From assembly GCA_965116925.1 (NCBI GenBank), contig OZ220744.1, forward strand, positions 5,920,001 through 5,984,000: 64,000 bases of DNA, given 5' to 3'. The DNA comes from Candidatus Poribacteria bacterium. Lineage in GTDB: Bacteria; Poribacteria; WGA-4E; PCPOR2b. Below the pieces are notes generated by a model. The model saw only the letters and a list, made by a program, of their open reading frames with translations, was not told the origin of the DNA and did not search any database. Both the position numbers and the translations under genes were made by a program. Numbering within the stretch: position 1 is the first letter of the stretch; every line of letters starts with the position of its first letter. This document shows positions 19,063 through 29,265 of this stretch, piece after piece.

Positions 19063-20028
19063 ATGGACCACACGCACCATCATCATGACCACGCGCATCA
19101 CCACCATGATGAAAAGGAAGATGGGCATCAACATAGTCATCAGCATCGCCTACAGGGAAAATTTCGATTCGCAGTCCTATTGACAACCTTTGTGCTCGTG
19201 ATCGAGGTAGTCGGGGGGATCCTGTCGAACAGTTTGGCATTGTTGAGCGATGCAGCACATGTTTTCTCAGATTCTCTGTCGCTGATTATGAGTTGGCTGG
19301 CGATCTATTTGTCGACCCGCCCGGCAACTAGCTCACGCACCTATGGCTATCACCGGACAGAGGTATTCGCTGCGTTCATCAACGGGGTTTCACTGATTGC
19401 GATCTCTAGCTGGATATTTTACGAAGCTGTCCACCGGTTTATCGAACCTGAACCCGTTAAGAGCAAAGAGATGCTCGTCGTGGCGATTATCGGATTTATC
19501 GCAAATATGCTCATTGTCTGGCTATTTCACGGTGAAGGGCATAAAAGCCTCAATGTGCGGAGTGCGGTACTTCATGTCATTGGAGATGCGCTCGCTTCCG
19601 TCGGCGTCATCGTAGGCGGGGCGATAATATATTGGACCAGTTGGTTCATTGTTGATCCAATTCTGAGCTGCGGTATTGGTCTGGTGGTCTTGATTGGTGC
19701 GGTCAGGGTTACGAAAGAAGCAGTTCACATCTTGTTGGAAGGGTCTCCAAAACATGCGGATGCCCACAAAGTGGCGGCGTGCATCAGTGCTATCGATTCA
19801 GTTAAGGATGTCCATGACATGCACATTTGGTCTTTATGCTCTAATTATTTGGCGTTGAGCACGCATGTGTCGATCGCTGAGGACGCAAGCAAATCCTCAC
19901 ACGAATTACGGCAGGAGATTAACGACAAACTACAAGTGCAATTTGGTATTTTCCACACGACAATTCAGATTGAACAGCCCGGTTGTCCCCACGAGGGAAA
20001 TCTGCTGTGTAACGCATCCCACCACTGA
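19063..20028 (+). CDS. CDF-family Zn/Co/Cd efflux transporter (CzcD/ZitB-like)
   Basis: His-rich N-terminus, SLALLSDAAH, TYGYHR, LHVIGD, HDMHIW, HTTIQIE. Confidence 0.95.
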   Translation: MDHTHHHHDHAHHHHDEKEDGHQHSHQHRLQGKFRFAVLLTTFVLVIEVVGGILSNSLALLSDAAHVFSDSLSLIMSWLAIYLSTRPATSSRTYGYHRTEVFAAFINGVSLIAISSWIFYEAVHRFIEPEPVKSKEMLVVAIIGFIANMLIVWLFHGEGHKSLNVRSAVLHVIGDALASVGVIVGGAIIYWTSWFIVDPILSCGIGLVVLIGAVRVTKEAVHILLEGSPKHADAHKVAACISAIDSVKDVHDMHIWSLCSNYLALSTHVSIAEDASKSSHELRQEINDKLQVQFGIFHTTIQIEQPGCPHEGNLLCNASHH

Positions 20029-20066
20029 GACGTGATGCGTAAACGATCCGGGGCTCATTAATGAAC

Positions 20067-20169
20067 TATAGTAAATTCAAAAAATAAAGAAACACTTGCG
20101 CCTCCCCGGTAGGTGCGGTTTGTAACCGCACCGGTTTGGCGTGTCCCATTAATTCTAAAATCTACTATA
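20067..20169. mobile_element. TATAGT-ended MITE with REP core
   Basis: TATAGTAAATTC...AATCTACTATA; core GGTGCGGTTTGTAACCGCACC. Confidence 0.7.
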
Positions 20170-20195
20170 ATGTACCAATGAACTCTTGAACAAAG

Positions 20196-21365
20196 TTAGT
20201 ATGACCGAGGCAAGTCCAATACGTGAGTGGCGAGATAGGCGAGAACAAGGTTGTTATTGACTGGTGCCACTTGATAGAGCCGCGTCTCCCGAAACTTGCG
20301 CTCCACATCGTATTCATCGACAAAGCCGTAGCCGCCGTGCGTGTCGAGGCAGATATTGGCTGCCTGCCAACTCGCCTCAGAGGCGAGCAATTTTGCCATG
20401 TTCGCTTCTGCCCCACAGGAGGCGTTGGTATCGAAGAGCCAAGCGGCTTTGTAGCGGACCAGATCTGCTGCGACGGTCGCTGCATAAGCGCGGACAATGG
20501 GGAACTGCACGCCTTGGTTGCGACCAATCGGAGCCTCAAAGACCTCTCGTTCACGGGCATAGGTGCTCGCCCGATCAACAAACCAGTAGCCATCACCGAT
20601 GGCTTCCGCTGCCAACAGGATGCGCTCGGCGTTCCAGCCGTCGATGACGTAGCGGAAGCCGCGTCCCTCCTCGCCAATCAAACTATCGAGCGGCAACCGT
20701 AGATCGCGGAACCAGACTTGGTAGGTTGCGTAGTTGAACATGGTGCGGACAGGCTGCACTTCTAATGCTCCTTTTTGCCGACGTGCATCGCGTAAATCGA
20801 TCAGGAATAGGCTGAGTCCGTCCGTCCGCTTGTCGACGGATTCGCGGGGTGTTGTGCGTGCCAACAGGAGAAGTAGGTCTGATTGCTCGATGCGGCTAGT
20901 CCAGTTCTTGTGACCGTTGACGATGTATGCCGAGCCCTCACGCCGGGCAAGGGTGCGGATGCTGGGAGTATCAGAGCCTGCTTCCGCTTCGGTGACTGAA
21001 AATGCCTGTAACCGCAGCTCGCCGCTAGCGATAGATGGGAGCCAATGCTCCTTCTGTGCATCGCTGCCGTGGCGAAGTAACGCGCCCATGAGATACATCT
21101 GTGCATGAAACGCCGCCGAGTTTCCACCCGAACGATTGATCTCCTCCAACACAATGCTCGCCTCTGTCACACCCAAGCCAAGCCCGCCGTATTCTTCTGG
21201 AATCAGAATTGAAAGAAAGCCAGCTTCTGTGAGTGCCTTGACAAAGGCTTGTGGATACGCACGCTCACGGTCAGTTTCGCGCCAGTAAGTATCGGGGAAT
21301 TGAGCGCAGAAGTCGCGGACGCGCTCTCGGAGGGCTTCGTGTTCAGGTGAGAGTCGAAAATCCAT
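20196..21365 (-). CDS. Acyl-CoA dehydrogenase
   Basis: IPEEYGG, VTEAEAGSD, NGHKNWTS, REVF..PIG, THGGYGF. Confidence 0.95.
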   Translation of the reverse strand: MDFRLSPEHEALRERVRDFCAQFPDTYWRETDRERAYPQAFVKALTEAGFLSILIPEEYGGLGLGVTEASIVLEEINRSGGNSAAFHAQMYLMGALLRHGSDAQKEHWLPSIASGELRLQAFSVTEAEAGSDTPSIRTLARREGSAYIVNGHKNWTSRIEQSDLLLLLARTTPRESVDKRTDGLSLFLIDLRDARRQKGALEVQPVRTMFNYATYQVWFRDLRLPLDSLIGEEGRGFRYVIDGWNAERILLAAEAIGDGYWFVDRASTYAREREVFEAPIGRNQGVQFPIVRAYAATVAADLVRYKAAWLFDTNASCGAEANMAKLLASEASWQAANICLDTHGGYGFVDEYDVERKFRETRLYQVAPVNNNLVLAYLATHVLDLPRSY

Positions 21366-21547
21366 CGTATATCCCTTTCTAGTCGGAGAACCGTCAACGT
21401 TCTGACAATTCTTGCGTTCCTAGTTTGTATCTTATCACACGCCTCGTGGGATTACAAGATAGATCTTGGCGGTTGTGCAACGCCTACGATGGTACTGTAT
21501 ACCGAACACGTAATGCGTAAAGAAGAGATATTACGTATTTTATTTTT

Positions 21548-21761
21548 GGTTCATATCAAAAGCAAGTGCAAAATGCGAAGAGAAACCGAGTTTTTCCGAA
21601 AAAACTCGATTTCTTTGTACTATTTCTTAACGGCTTATGTTAAGAATTAGTGCAAAAGCATTGACTTACCTCAAAAACCGTAGGCGGGGCATCTTGCCCC
21701 GCCGTCAACGCGTTCATCGTAATTGCACTCCGTTTTTACATGAGCCTTCTTAACATGAGCC
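21548..21761. mobile_element. Nested MITEs with GGCTCATGTTAAG-type ends; inner element 21632-21746 has an 8-bp TSD
   Basis: TTCTTAAC at 21624-21631 and 21747-21754; uninterrupted outer copy at 28927-29017. Confidence 0.8.
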
Positions 21762-21841
21762 AATTATGATAGTATCTATTGAATTGACGAACGGAGATGG
21801 GCTATAATTCAGGGAGAAAACCGGCGGGAGGGTTTCAAATT

Positions 21842-24331
21842 ATGTTCAAACTACGATCCCCCAAATGGCTATTTTGCTTTATACTTGTGACATTGATGGT
21901 GGTGTGCTTGCAGTTCCTTCTTCCCCTGTCAGAGGGGCAATTGATACAATGGCCCCCAACGCCAGAGAGTCAATTGATACGATGGCCGCCTGTGATTTGG
22001 CCGACACTGACGGAGAACCTAATTGGTGAGGATGGAAGTAAGGTCATGATAGTGTATCTACCACCAAGCTACGAGTTTACCGAAAAGCGCTACCCCGTCA
22101 TCTATGTGCTACATGGGTTCGGCGGAGATTCAAATAGCCTAACCCGAAAAATGAAATCAGCGATGGACCGTATGATTCTTAGCGAGGAAATTCAGGAAGT
22201 AATCGCTGTGTTTGTCGATGGATCGAATCGGTTTGGTGGGAGTCAGTATCTCAGTTCGCCAACGATCGGCGATTATGAAACGTACATCAGGAGGGATTTA
22301 GTTAATTTCATTGATAAGCAGTACCGAACAATACCCCATCGGGACAGTCGCGGCATTACAGGGTTTTCGATGGGCGCGTACGGTTCAATGCACCTTTCGC
22401 TTAAATATCCAGAGGTATTTGGTGTGGCTGTTGCACAAGCAGGTACTTATAAATTTGACGATGATTTGATAAAGTCTTTTACGGAGAAGGGGGGCGTTGT
22501 CCTAACCCTCCTGGAACCGCTGAAACAGAAATCTGGGGACGAATTTTGGAACGCACTGGAAGACTTAGCCAATTCGGATGCATTGCAGAAAGTTAGCCTA
22601 CCGTTTCGGAGTGGTCTGGCGTATTTAGCGGGGGTTGCTTCCAATCCTGATAACCCTCCCTGCTATCTAGATTTGCCATACAGATTAAGAACAGGTGTGC
22701 CTCCGTGGGAGCGTGATGAGGCGGTTTGGGAACAGATTCTTGAGAATGACGTCATTCATGAATTAGATCGGTACTTGAACAGATTAAGGCAAAATCCACA
22801 ACAACCGGTGCGGTTGAATGGGATTAAGTTGGTTCATGGTCTTGAAGACGAGAAGGCGTTGTTCAGACAGGCGGAATCATTGGATCAGAGGTTGACGGAG
22901 CTTGGCATTGACCATGAGTTTGTAGCACATGACGGTGGACACACATTCATCGCGGAGGAGTCACTGGAATTTATGGCGAAACATCTGGCATTTGAATCGC
23001 CGCCTATTACCCCTGATGGATCCGGCACAGCTACGGTTTCACCGTATGCTATTGCGGCGCATAGCATTGGCAATGAAATTGTAATTACCTATACCGCTGA
23101 GGGGATGATGCGCCGCGGTGCCCTTACGGTTCACATTCCGTCAGGTTGGACATTGCCGCAGGATGTTGCAGGGATTCCCGGATACACAACCGTTACCTCA
23201 ACCGGCACTATCGGCGATATAACATTCGCCAACCAAAGGATTGGGGTCGATATTCAGACTTTGATGCCCGACGACACAATAACGCTTATCTATGGGAATG
23301 GTGGATATGATTCAGGAGTAACGGTGCCGGGGAATCAATTCTCAACCTTTATCATCAGTGTTGCCTCAACATCGGATGGGATTTTGACGCTGATTAAACA
23401 GAGTCCGGTTATTGATGTTTACCTAGATCCATGGGATGTGAATGGCGATGGGACTGTGGGGCTCCTTGATTTGATTGTCGTAGGGTCTGAATTGGGAAAG
23501 GTGATAGATGGGGTGGTTTTCGGTCAAAACCCGGACGTGAACCGAGATGGACTTGTGAACTTATTTGACCTTATTACTGTCGGGGCTCATTTTGGGGAGA
23601 CTGTCGGCAGTCCAGCAGCACCTGAACATCCCTCTACCCCTATATCAGCGACAATCAAATTCGGGAATCCCCGGTTTTTGGAGAATCGTCTCCTGCTCGA
23701 TCTGATGATTGAAACGGCTGTGCCCTTTGTGGGCTACCATATCCGGGTCGCGCCGGAGCGGCTTTTGAGAGTTGATCTGGACAGAAGTGAGAACGATGTA
23801 TTCCGTTTAGAGGAGGTCGCTCAATCCGGAACGTTAGTGGGTACGAAACTGAGCGCGGGGCACCCGTGGCACGGTCGGGTACGGCTCGCCACGCTGGAAT
23901 TGGAAGCGAATCGTTCGGGAGATGCAGTGCCTGTCCTAAACTCCAGGATTTCTGTGGAGGCAGCGCATCTCGTTTCTGTAGACGGACAGACCATCGGCGT
24001 TGGCGTGGAGCCATTTTTTATGAATCCGTTGCGCCCTCTCCAGACGGGAGTGTTCGCCAACTATCCCAATCCGTTCAACCCGGAGACGTGGATTCCCTTC
24101 CAACTGCACAAGGATGTGCATGTCCGCATCACTATTTATGATGTTTTGGGGCGTAAGGTTCGGAGATTTGATTTGGGTTATCTGCCCGCCGGTTACTACA
24201 AAACGCGCGAGCGCGCCGTGTATTGGGATGGTCGCAACGACGTGAACGAGCGGGTCGCCAGTGGGACTTACCTTTACCGCTTGGAAGCGGGTGATTTTGT
24301 TGGGGCGCGCCGGATGGTAGTCTTAAAATAA
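21842..24331 (+). CDS. Secreted alpha/beta-hydrolase (esterase) + dockerin-like + FlgD-Ig/T9SS-like C-terminal domain
   Basis: YLPPSY, YVLHG, GFSMG, GGHT; DVNGDG/DVNRDG; NYPNPFNPETWIP, WDGRN..ERVASGTYLY. Confidence 0.9.
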   Translation: MFKLRSPKWLFCFILVTLMVVCLQFLLPLSEGQLIQWPPTPESQLIRWPPVIWPTLTENLIGEDGSKVMIVYLPPSYEFTEKRYPVIYVLHGFGGDSNSLTRKMKSAMDRMILSEEIQEVIAVFVDGSNRFGGSQYLSSPTIGDYETYIRRDLVNFIDKQYRTIPHRDSRGITGFSMGAYGSMHLSLKYPEVFGVAVAQAGTYKFDDDLIKSFTEKGGVVLTLLEPLKQKSGDEFWNALEDLANSDALQKVSLPFRSGLAYLAGVASNPDNPPCYLDLPYRLRTGVPPWERDEAVWEQILENDVIHELDRYLNRLRQNPQQPVRLNGIKLVHGLEDEKALFRQAESLDQRLTELGIDHEFVAHDGGHTFIAEESLEFMAKHLAFESPPITPDGSGTATVSPYAIAAHSIGNEIVITYTAEGMMRRGALTVHIPSGWTLPQDVAGIPGYTTVTSTGTIGDITFANQRIGVDIQTLMPDDTITLIYGNGGYDSGVTVPGNQFSTFIISVASTSDGILTLIKQSPVIDVYLDPWDVNGDGTVGLLDLIVVGSELGKVIDGVVFGQNPDVNRDGLVNLFDLITVGAHFGETVGSPAAPEHPSTPISATIKFGNPRFLENRLLLDLMIETAVPFVGYHIRVAPERLLRVDLDRSENDVFRLEEVAQSGTLVGTKLSAGHPWHGRVRLATLELEANRSGDAVPVLNSRISVEAAHLVSVDGQTIGVGVEPFFMNPLRPLQTGVFANYPNPFNPETWIPFQLHKDVHVRITIYDVLGRKVRRFDLGYLPAGYYKTRERAVYWDGRNDVNERVASGTYLYRLEAGDFVGARRMVVLK

Positions 24332-24402
24332 TGCGAGTTGTGACGGTGCGATATAACTACCGCCCCGGTATTGGCTTGAAACGGCTTATCTGACAAATTT
24401 TG

Positions 24403-25533
24403 TCAGTCTTGAGCTTCCGTTGTACTCAAAACTAATGGTGTTTTCGCCAACTCTGCGTCTAATATGCGAATATCCGCCGTTACCTTCTGTTCAGCGAGCC
24501 ACGCTTCTCTGCGTTCCTGTAGTGCTTGCCCGATAAGTTTGTCCTGAATTTCTTGGCTGACTTCTGGATATGTTTTCTGGCGAGGCAGTTCTTTTTTAAG
24601 CAGTTTGGCGATGAGATAACCTTCAGGTGTGGGGATGGGTTGGATAACTTCGTTAATTTCTAAGCTAGCTATTACTAACTGAGCCTCCGCATCGATTGGA
24701 AGTGTCTGCGGTTCTGGAACAATCTGAAGAATCGGATTATTGGGATAAGTTTCCTGAATTTCCTGAAAGGTTGCACCCTCTTTCAACTGGGCAGTGATTG
24801 TCTCGGCAAGGGCCTTGGCTTTGGCTTGCAGATCTGCTGGGTCGCTAGGTTTTGAACGGACCAAGACATGCTGAAATTGAATCTGTGCGGGTTCAATAAA
24901 TTCTGATCGATGTAGTTCAAAATATTGGGGAGCCTCTTGATTGATTTGTTCGTCGTCAATACTGTTGCGAAATTGGCGGATGGTTAGTGCGTTCACAATT
25001 AAGCCATTCCTCACTCGCTCTTCTACTTCTTGATATTCCAATCCCATCCGCTTCAGATCAACCAAGTACGATGCCTCGCTGCTATACACGGATTTCAGTG
25101 CTTGAATTTCTGCATCCACCTTTTTCCCCCAGCTCCAAAGCAGCATTCCGATATCGTCCGCCTGCTGTAACATCAGTTTCTGCTCGATGAGCGTTTCTAA
25201 AACTGATCGTTTAACTGTATTCGGGGGATTCTTAATTTCTTGAAAAGTTGGCTGGTTGTCTTGTTCACGTAGGATTAGCGGATTATTGATAACGGCGATA
25301 ATGATTAGTTCGGTCTCCAGTTCGTGTCGCGTGATTGGCTGATCGTTGACGACGGCGATCACATAATCGAGGGTTCTCTCCTTGCTGAATCCGTTTGATG
25401 GGCTAGCGATAAGAGCGAGGCAGAGCACAATATAGCATGTGATGTGTAATGTGTAAAACGGAGAACACAATACGTCAGTGTGCTTCCCATCTTTCTTTCT
25501 TTGATTCTCGGCTGAGCGTCCAAGCCTTTCCAT
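24403..25533 (-). CDS. SurA/PrsA-like parvulin chaperone (start uncertain)
   Basis: VIAVVNDQPIT, LIEQKLMLQQA, QHVLV, GATFQEI, PIPTPEGY. Confidence 0.85.
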   Translation of the reverse strand: MERLGRSAENQRKKDGKHTDVLCSPFYTLHITCYIVLCLALIASPSNGFSKERTLDYVIAVVNDQPITRHELETELIIIAVINNPLILREQDNQPTFQEIKNPPNTVKRSVLETLIEQKLMLQQADDIGMLLWSWGKKVDAEIQALKSVYSSEASYLVDLKRMGLEYQEVEERVRNGLIVNALTIRQFRNSIDDEQINQEAPQYFELHRSEFIEPAQIQFQHVLVRSKPSDPADLQAKAKALAETITAQLKEGATFQEIQETYPNNPILQIVPEPQTLPIDAEAQLVIASLEINEVIQPIPTPEGYLIAKLLKKELPRQKTYPEVSQEIQDKLIGQALQERREAWLAEQKVTADIRILDAELAKTPLVLSTTEAQD

Positions 25534-25716
25534 CTCCGTCCCCCTGCCCGTATTTGATTCTAACGGATGTTGTCATTCCTCTGACAGCAATTCGATAGTA
25601 GAATTATATTCGTTCAATATCTGCCTGTCAATTAGAAGTTTTCACGGTTGATAGAATCAACTGGCTATGCTATCATATAGTGTAACGATTTCGGTTGGAA
25701 AGAGAGGTGGAAGATT

Positions 25717-28113
25717 GTGAAAAACGCGGATCAGCCTATTTCAAGAGAACTGTTGGAGACGTTGGATACAATTCAGCAGCGTGTACTGTGGTTGGCAACG
25801 CTCATCATTCACTACGCGAATAACCTGCGTCCCAATCCAGATCAGACAAAGGTCGGCGGGCACCAAGCGTCGTCTGCCTCGATGGTTTCAATCATGACGG
25901 CACTTTACTTCCATTTTCTTCAAGCTGGAGATCGTGTCTCGGTCAAACCACACGCTTCGCCGGTTTTTCATGCAATCCACTACCTGCTGGGTCAACTGCC
26001 TCGAAAATACCTGACCATGTTTCGATCGTTTGGGGGGCTGCAGGCGTACCCGAGTCGAACGAAAGATCCGGATGCAGTCGACTTTTCGACCGGCTCTGTG
26101 GGTCTGGGAGCGGTCGCGCCGGCTTTTGGCGCGTTAGCGCATCGGTATGCGTTGTCCCACTTCGGTCATGTGAGCTCGCGTCGTTTCGTGGGGGTCATCG
26201 GTGACGCTGAGTTGGATGAGGGCAATGTGTGGGAGGCGATCCTAGATCAAGCGCTCACCGGTATAGATAACCTGTTGTGGATTGTTGACCTCAATCGCCA
26301 AAGCCTTGATCGAGTTGTGCCGGGCATTCGTGCGCGTCAACTTCAACGTCTATTTGAGGAGAGCGGTTGGCAGGTGCTTGAAGCGAAGTACGGTCGACAG
26401 CTTGAGGAACTCTTTGAACGACCGGGTGGACCCGCCTTGCGTCAGCGAATCGACGAAATGAGCAATGAGGAGTATCAGGCACTGATTCGTCTCCCCGGTG
26501 AAGAACTTCGCTCTCGGATTGTTGATTGTGGGGGAGTTGATAACGCTGAAATCACATCAGTGATCCAGGACATCCCAGATGAGACGCTGCCATCGGTGTT
26601 AAGTAACTTAGGTGGACACGATTTAGAGGAATTGCTCGCTGTACTGTCGCAGGCTGAAGCGGAACCTGAACGACCTACGATTATCTTTGCCTACACGATT
26701 AAAGGCTGGGGCACACCTATCGCTGGGCACCCGCTGAACCATTCGATGCTCCTGAATGAGGAGCAGATAGCCGATTTGCGGGAACGTTTGGGTGTACCCC
26801 CTAGTGACGATTGGGAGCGATTTGATCCGGGATCGCCCCCCGGTCAACTATGTCTTGAAGTTGCCGATCGACTTTTTCCACCCAATCCTGAGCCACCGGT
26901 AACCCTGTCCGCCGATGATGTACCGATAGCGCTCTCTCTGCCAACTCAAGGGTTCTTGAGTACGCAACAGTCTCTGGGGCGGCTGCTGATGCGTCTGACC
27001 CGCGTGCCGAAGTTGGCGGATCGGATTGTCACGACGTCGCCGGATGTATCGGTGTCCACTAACCTGTCTGGGTGGATTATTAAGACGGGTGTGTTTACGC
27101 CGCAGGAATTGCCTGACTATGAGACCGAAGCGAACCAACTCCGAAGTTGGCGGCACGGACCGAGTGGGCAGCATATCGAGTTGGGGATTTCGGAGATGAA
27201 TCTCTTTACGTTGCTGGGGATGCTCGGCTTGTCTGCTGAATTGTGTGGACAACATGTCATTCCTATTGGCACAGTCTACGATCCGTTTGTGTGCCGCGGG
27301 CTTGAAGCACTCATTTATGCCCAATATTCAGGGGCGAAGTTTATTTTCGCCGGGACACCGTCGGGGATCACACTGTCGCCGGAGGGCGGGGCGCACCAAT
27401 CCACTGTTACGCCGTCACTCGGTGCGGAGATTCCTCGACTCAATGCCTACGAACCGTGTTTTGCACAGGAGTTAGAGTGGATATTGTTGGACGCGCTCCG
27501 CCAGTGCTGTGACCGGGAGGGGGGACGCTCGACCTATCTGCGACTGTCCACCAAGCTGATTGATCAGCGGCTGCTCACGCCGGCGTTGGAGCGTCTCGGA
27601 GAAGATGAATTGCAGCGTCAGGTGCTGGCTGGCGGATACCGGTTGGTGGATTGGCGCAATGCGGATCCGGTTGTGCCAAGAGAGCGGTTGGTTCATATTG
27701 CGACAACCGGGGTCATGGTTCCAGAAGCGGTTGAGGCTGCGGACATACTTCGCGAGCAGCGGATCGCTGCCAATGTGCTGAATATGACGAGTCCGCGGCG
27801 ACTATTTGAGGCGTGGCAGACGATGCAAAAGCACTCCGGACACTTGCAAAGCGGAGGAGAGGTCCCCACTCCATTTGACTGGCTGGTTCCAACCAACGAG
27901 AGACATGCACCGATTGTCACGGTTCACGATGGTGCCTCCCACGCATTATCTTGGTTGGGAAGTGTCTACGGGGAGTTGGTTATCCCGCTCGGTGTGGATG
28001 AATTTGGTCAATCGGGCGATCGCGCTGAACTTTACCGCCACTTCGGAATTGACGCCGAGGGTATCGCTGCGGCGGCGTTAGCGGCGTTAAGTCGCTGTGG
28101 CATATCTGTCTGA
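25717..28113 (+). CDS. Homodimeric (AceE-like) ThDP-dependent 2-oxoacid dehydrogenase E1 / transketolase-like protein
   Basis: KVGGHQAS, STGSVGLG, GDAELDEG, NRQSLD, ELGISE, EGGAHQS, LGVDEFGQSG. Confidence 0.9.
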   Translation: MKNADQPISRELLETLDTIQQRVLWLATLIIHYANNLRPNPDQTKVGGHQASSASMVSIMTALYFHFLQAGDRVSVKPHASPVFHAIHYLLGQLPRKYLTMFRSFGGLQAYPSRTKDPDAVDFSTGSVGLGAVAPAFGALAHRYALSHFGHVSSRRFVGVIGDAELDEGNVWEAILDQALTGIDNLLWIVDLNRQSLDRVVPGIRARQLQRLFEESGWQVLEAKYGRQLEELFERPGGPALRQRIDEMSNEEYQALIRLPGEELRSRIVDCGGVDNAEITSVIQDIPDETLPSVLSNLGGHDLEELLAVLSQAEAEPERPTIIFAYTIKGWGTPIAGHPLNHSMLLNEEQIADLRERLGVPPSDDWERFDPGSPPGQLCLEVADRLFPPNPEPPVTLSADDVPIALSLPTQGFLSTQQSLGRLLMRLTRVPKLADRIVTTSPDVSVSTNLSGWIIKTGVFTPQELPDYETEANQLRSWRHGPSGQHIELGISEMNLFTLLGMLGLSAELCGQHVIPIGTVYDPFVCRGLEALIYAQYSGAKFIFAGTPSGITLSPEGGAHQSTVTPSLGAEIPRLNAYEPCFAQELEWILLDALRQCCDREGGRSTYLRLSTKLIDQRLLTPALERLGEDELQRQVLAGGYRLVDWRNADPVVPRERLVHIATTGVMVPEAVEAADILREQRIAANVLNMTSPRRLFEAWQTMQKHSGHLQSGGEVPTPFDWLVPTNERHAPIVTVHDGASHALSWLGSVYGELVIPLGVDEFGQSGDRAELYRHFGIDAEGIAAAALAALSRCGISV

Positions 28114-28115
28114 TG

Positions 28116-28850
28116 CTACTGTATCGTTAGTGAAACGGTGTTGGATTCAAGTGTTGCCAAGCCCCGGAACGAATCCAAGAGGAGATAGGTCCCATCTAGT
28201 TGGGCTGCCTCCTCGCTCCGCAAACCTTCAATCTCTCGCTCTAAATTGCGGATCATCCGTTCCTTCATGTCGTCTGGCATGACAGTGTCTGCTTGTACTA
28301 TCCGAATTTCGTTCTTTATCTCAAGAACCTCTGGCGGTTCAGGAGAAAAGATCTCCCGATAGACTTTCAACTCCATAAGCACCTGCAATGTATAATCGCC
28401 GGGTCCTAGTTTGTAGTGGGACTTCAGGTCTTTCAAACTTGCCTTTCGTGTCTCTCCCGCCTTGAGTTCGGTCCCTTGGATGCAACTCACCACCCTGTCC
28501 TCCCACATCACGGTTTTGGTTTTCGCCGGGAATGTGATCGGCGGTTTCGGGGGGATAACTTGCCCCAAACTGTTTTTGACCACCAATTTGGTGAACGCTC
28601 CCCTGCTTGCAACGGAGGCATACGGCACGAGTAGATTGAATTTTCCCATCTGAATCGTCATGTCAAGGGGGATCGGTTCGTTGAGACCGTAGCTCGATTT
28701 TGCTGATGATAGATGCAGATCCCCAAGGGATGCTGGGGCCGCTGGTTCTACGGGTGTGGGTGTCGGTTCGGTTTTTCCGGTCGTTCCGCTCAGGCAACCT
28801 GTGGCGTAAAGACTCCATAGGGTTAGGCATATTAGAAGTTGGGTTTTCAT
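28116..28850 (-). CDS. Hypothetical lipoprotein
   Basis: AGGAGG RBS, lipobox ATGC. Confidence 0.75.
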   Translation of the reverse strand: MKTQLLICLTLWSLYATGCLSGTTGKTEPTPTPVEPAAPASLGDLHLSSAKSSYGLNEPIPLDMTIQMGKFNLLVPYASVASRGAFTKLVVKNSLGQVIPPKPPITFPAKTKTVMWEDRVVSCIQGTELKAGETRKASLKDLKSHYKLGPGDYTLQVLMELKVYREIFSPEPPEVLEIKNEIRIVQADTVMPDDMKERMIRNLEREIEGLRSEEAAQLDGTYLLLDSFRGLATLESNTVSLTIQ

Positions 28851-28926
28851 GGTATCCTCCTGTTAGCTGGGGTTAGCAGAAAAACATCCACGAATCCACG
28901 CGAATCTTCGCGAATGATATTTTTCT

Positions 28927-29017
28927 AGTTCATATCAAAAGAAAGTGCAAAATGCGAAGAGAAACCGAGTTTTTTCTTCAAAACTCGGTTTCTTTGCACT
29001 ATTCCTTAACATGAGCC
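28927..29017. mobile_element. ~90-bp MITE carrying the AGAAACCGAG REP hairpin
   Basis: Near-identical to the outer element at 21548; partial relatives near 46648, 48302 and 60700. Confidence 0.7.
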
Positions 29018-29040
29018 TTTTTCTTTTAGGCTCCCTTTCA

Positions 29041-29235
29041 TCAAAGTAATGGCTCCGACAAATCGGGTTGCTCTACAGAGGTTGATGGTGAAATGTCCGC
29101 GCTTTCTAAATCTGCGAGCAGGCACTTAAGGATTTCTTCCATCGACTGCACAGATTTCAACATTGCTTTAAGCGTGTCAAGGATCTCGCGCTTTTCCCTA
29201 CCTATGTAATTATAGATGCCTTTTACTGCGGACAT
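29041..29235 (-). CDS. Small hypothetical protein just downstream of the CRISPR array
   Basis: GGAGG RBS, 64 aa, no recognised motif. Confidence 0.45.
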   Translation of the reverse strand: MSAVKGIYNYIGREKREILDTLKAMLKSVQSMEEILKCLLADLESADISPSTSVEQPDLSEPLL

Positions 29236-29265
29236 TTTGCCTCCCTAAATTCCTTCAATTCCCTT

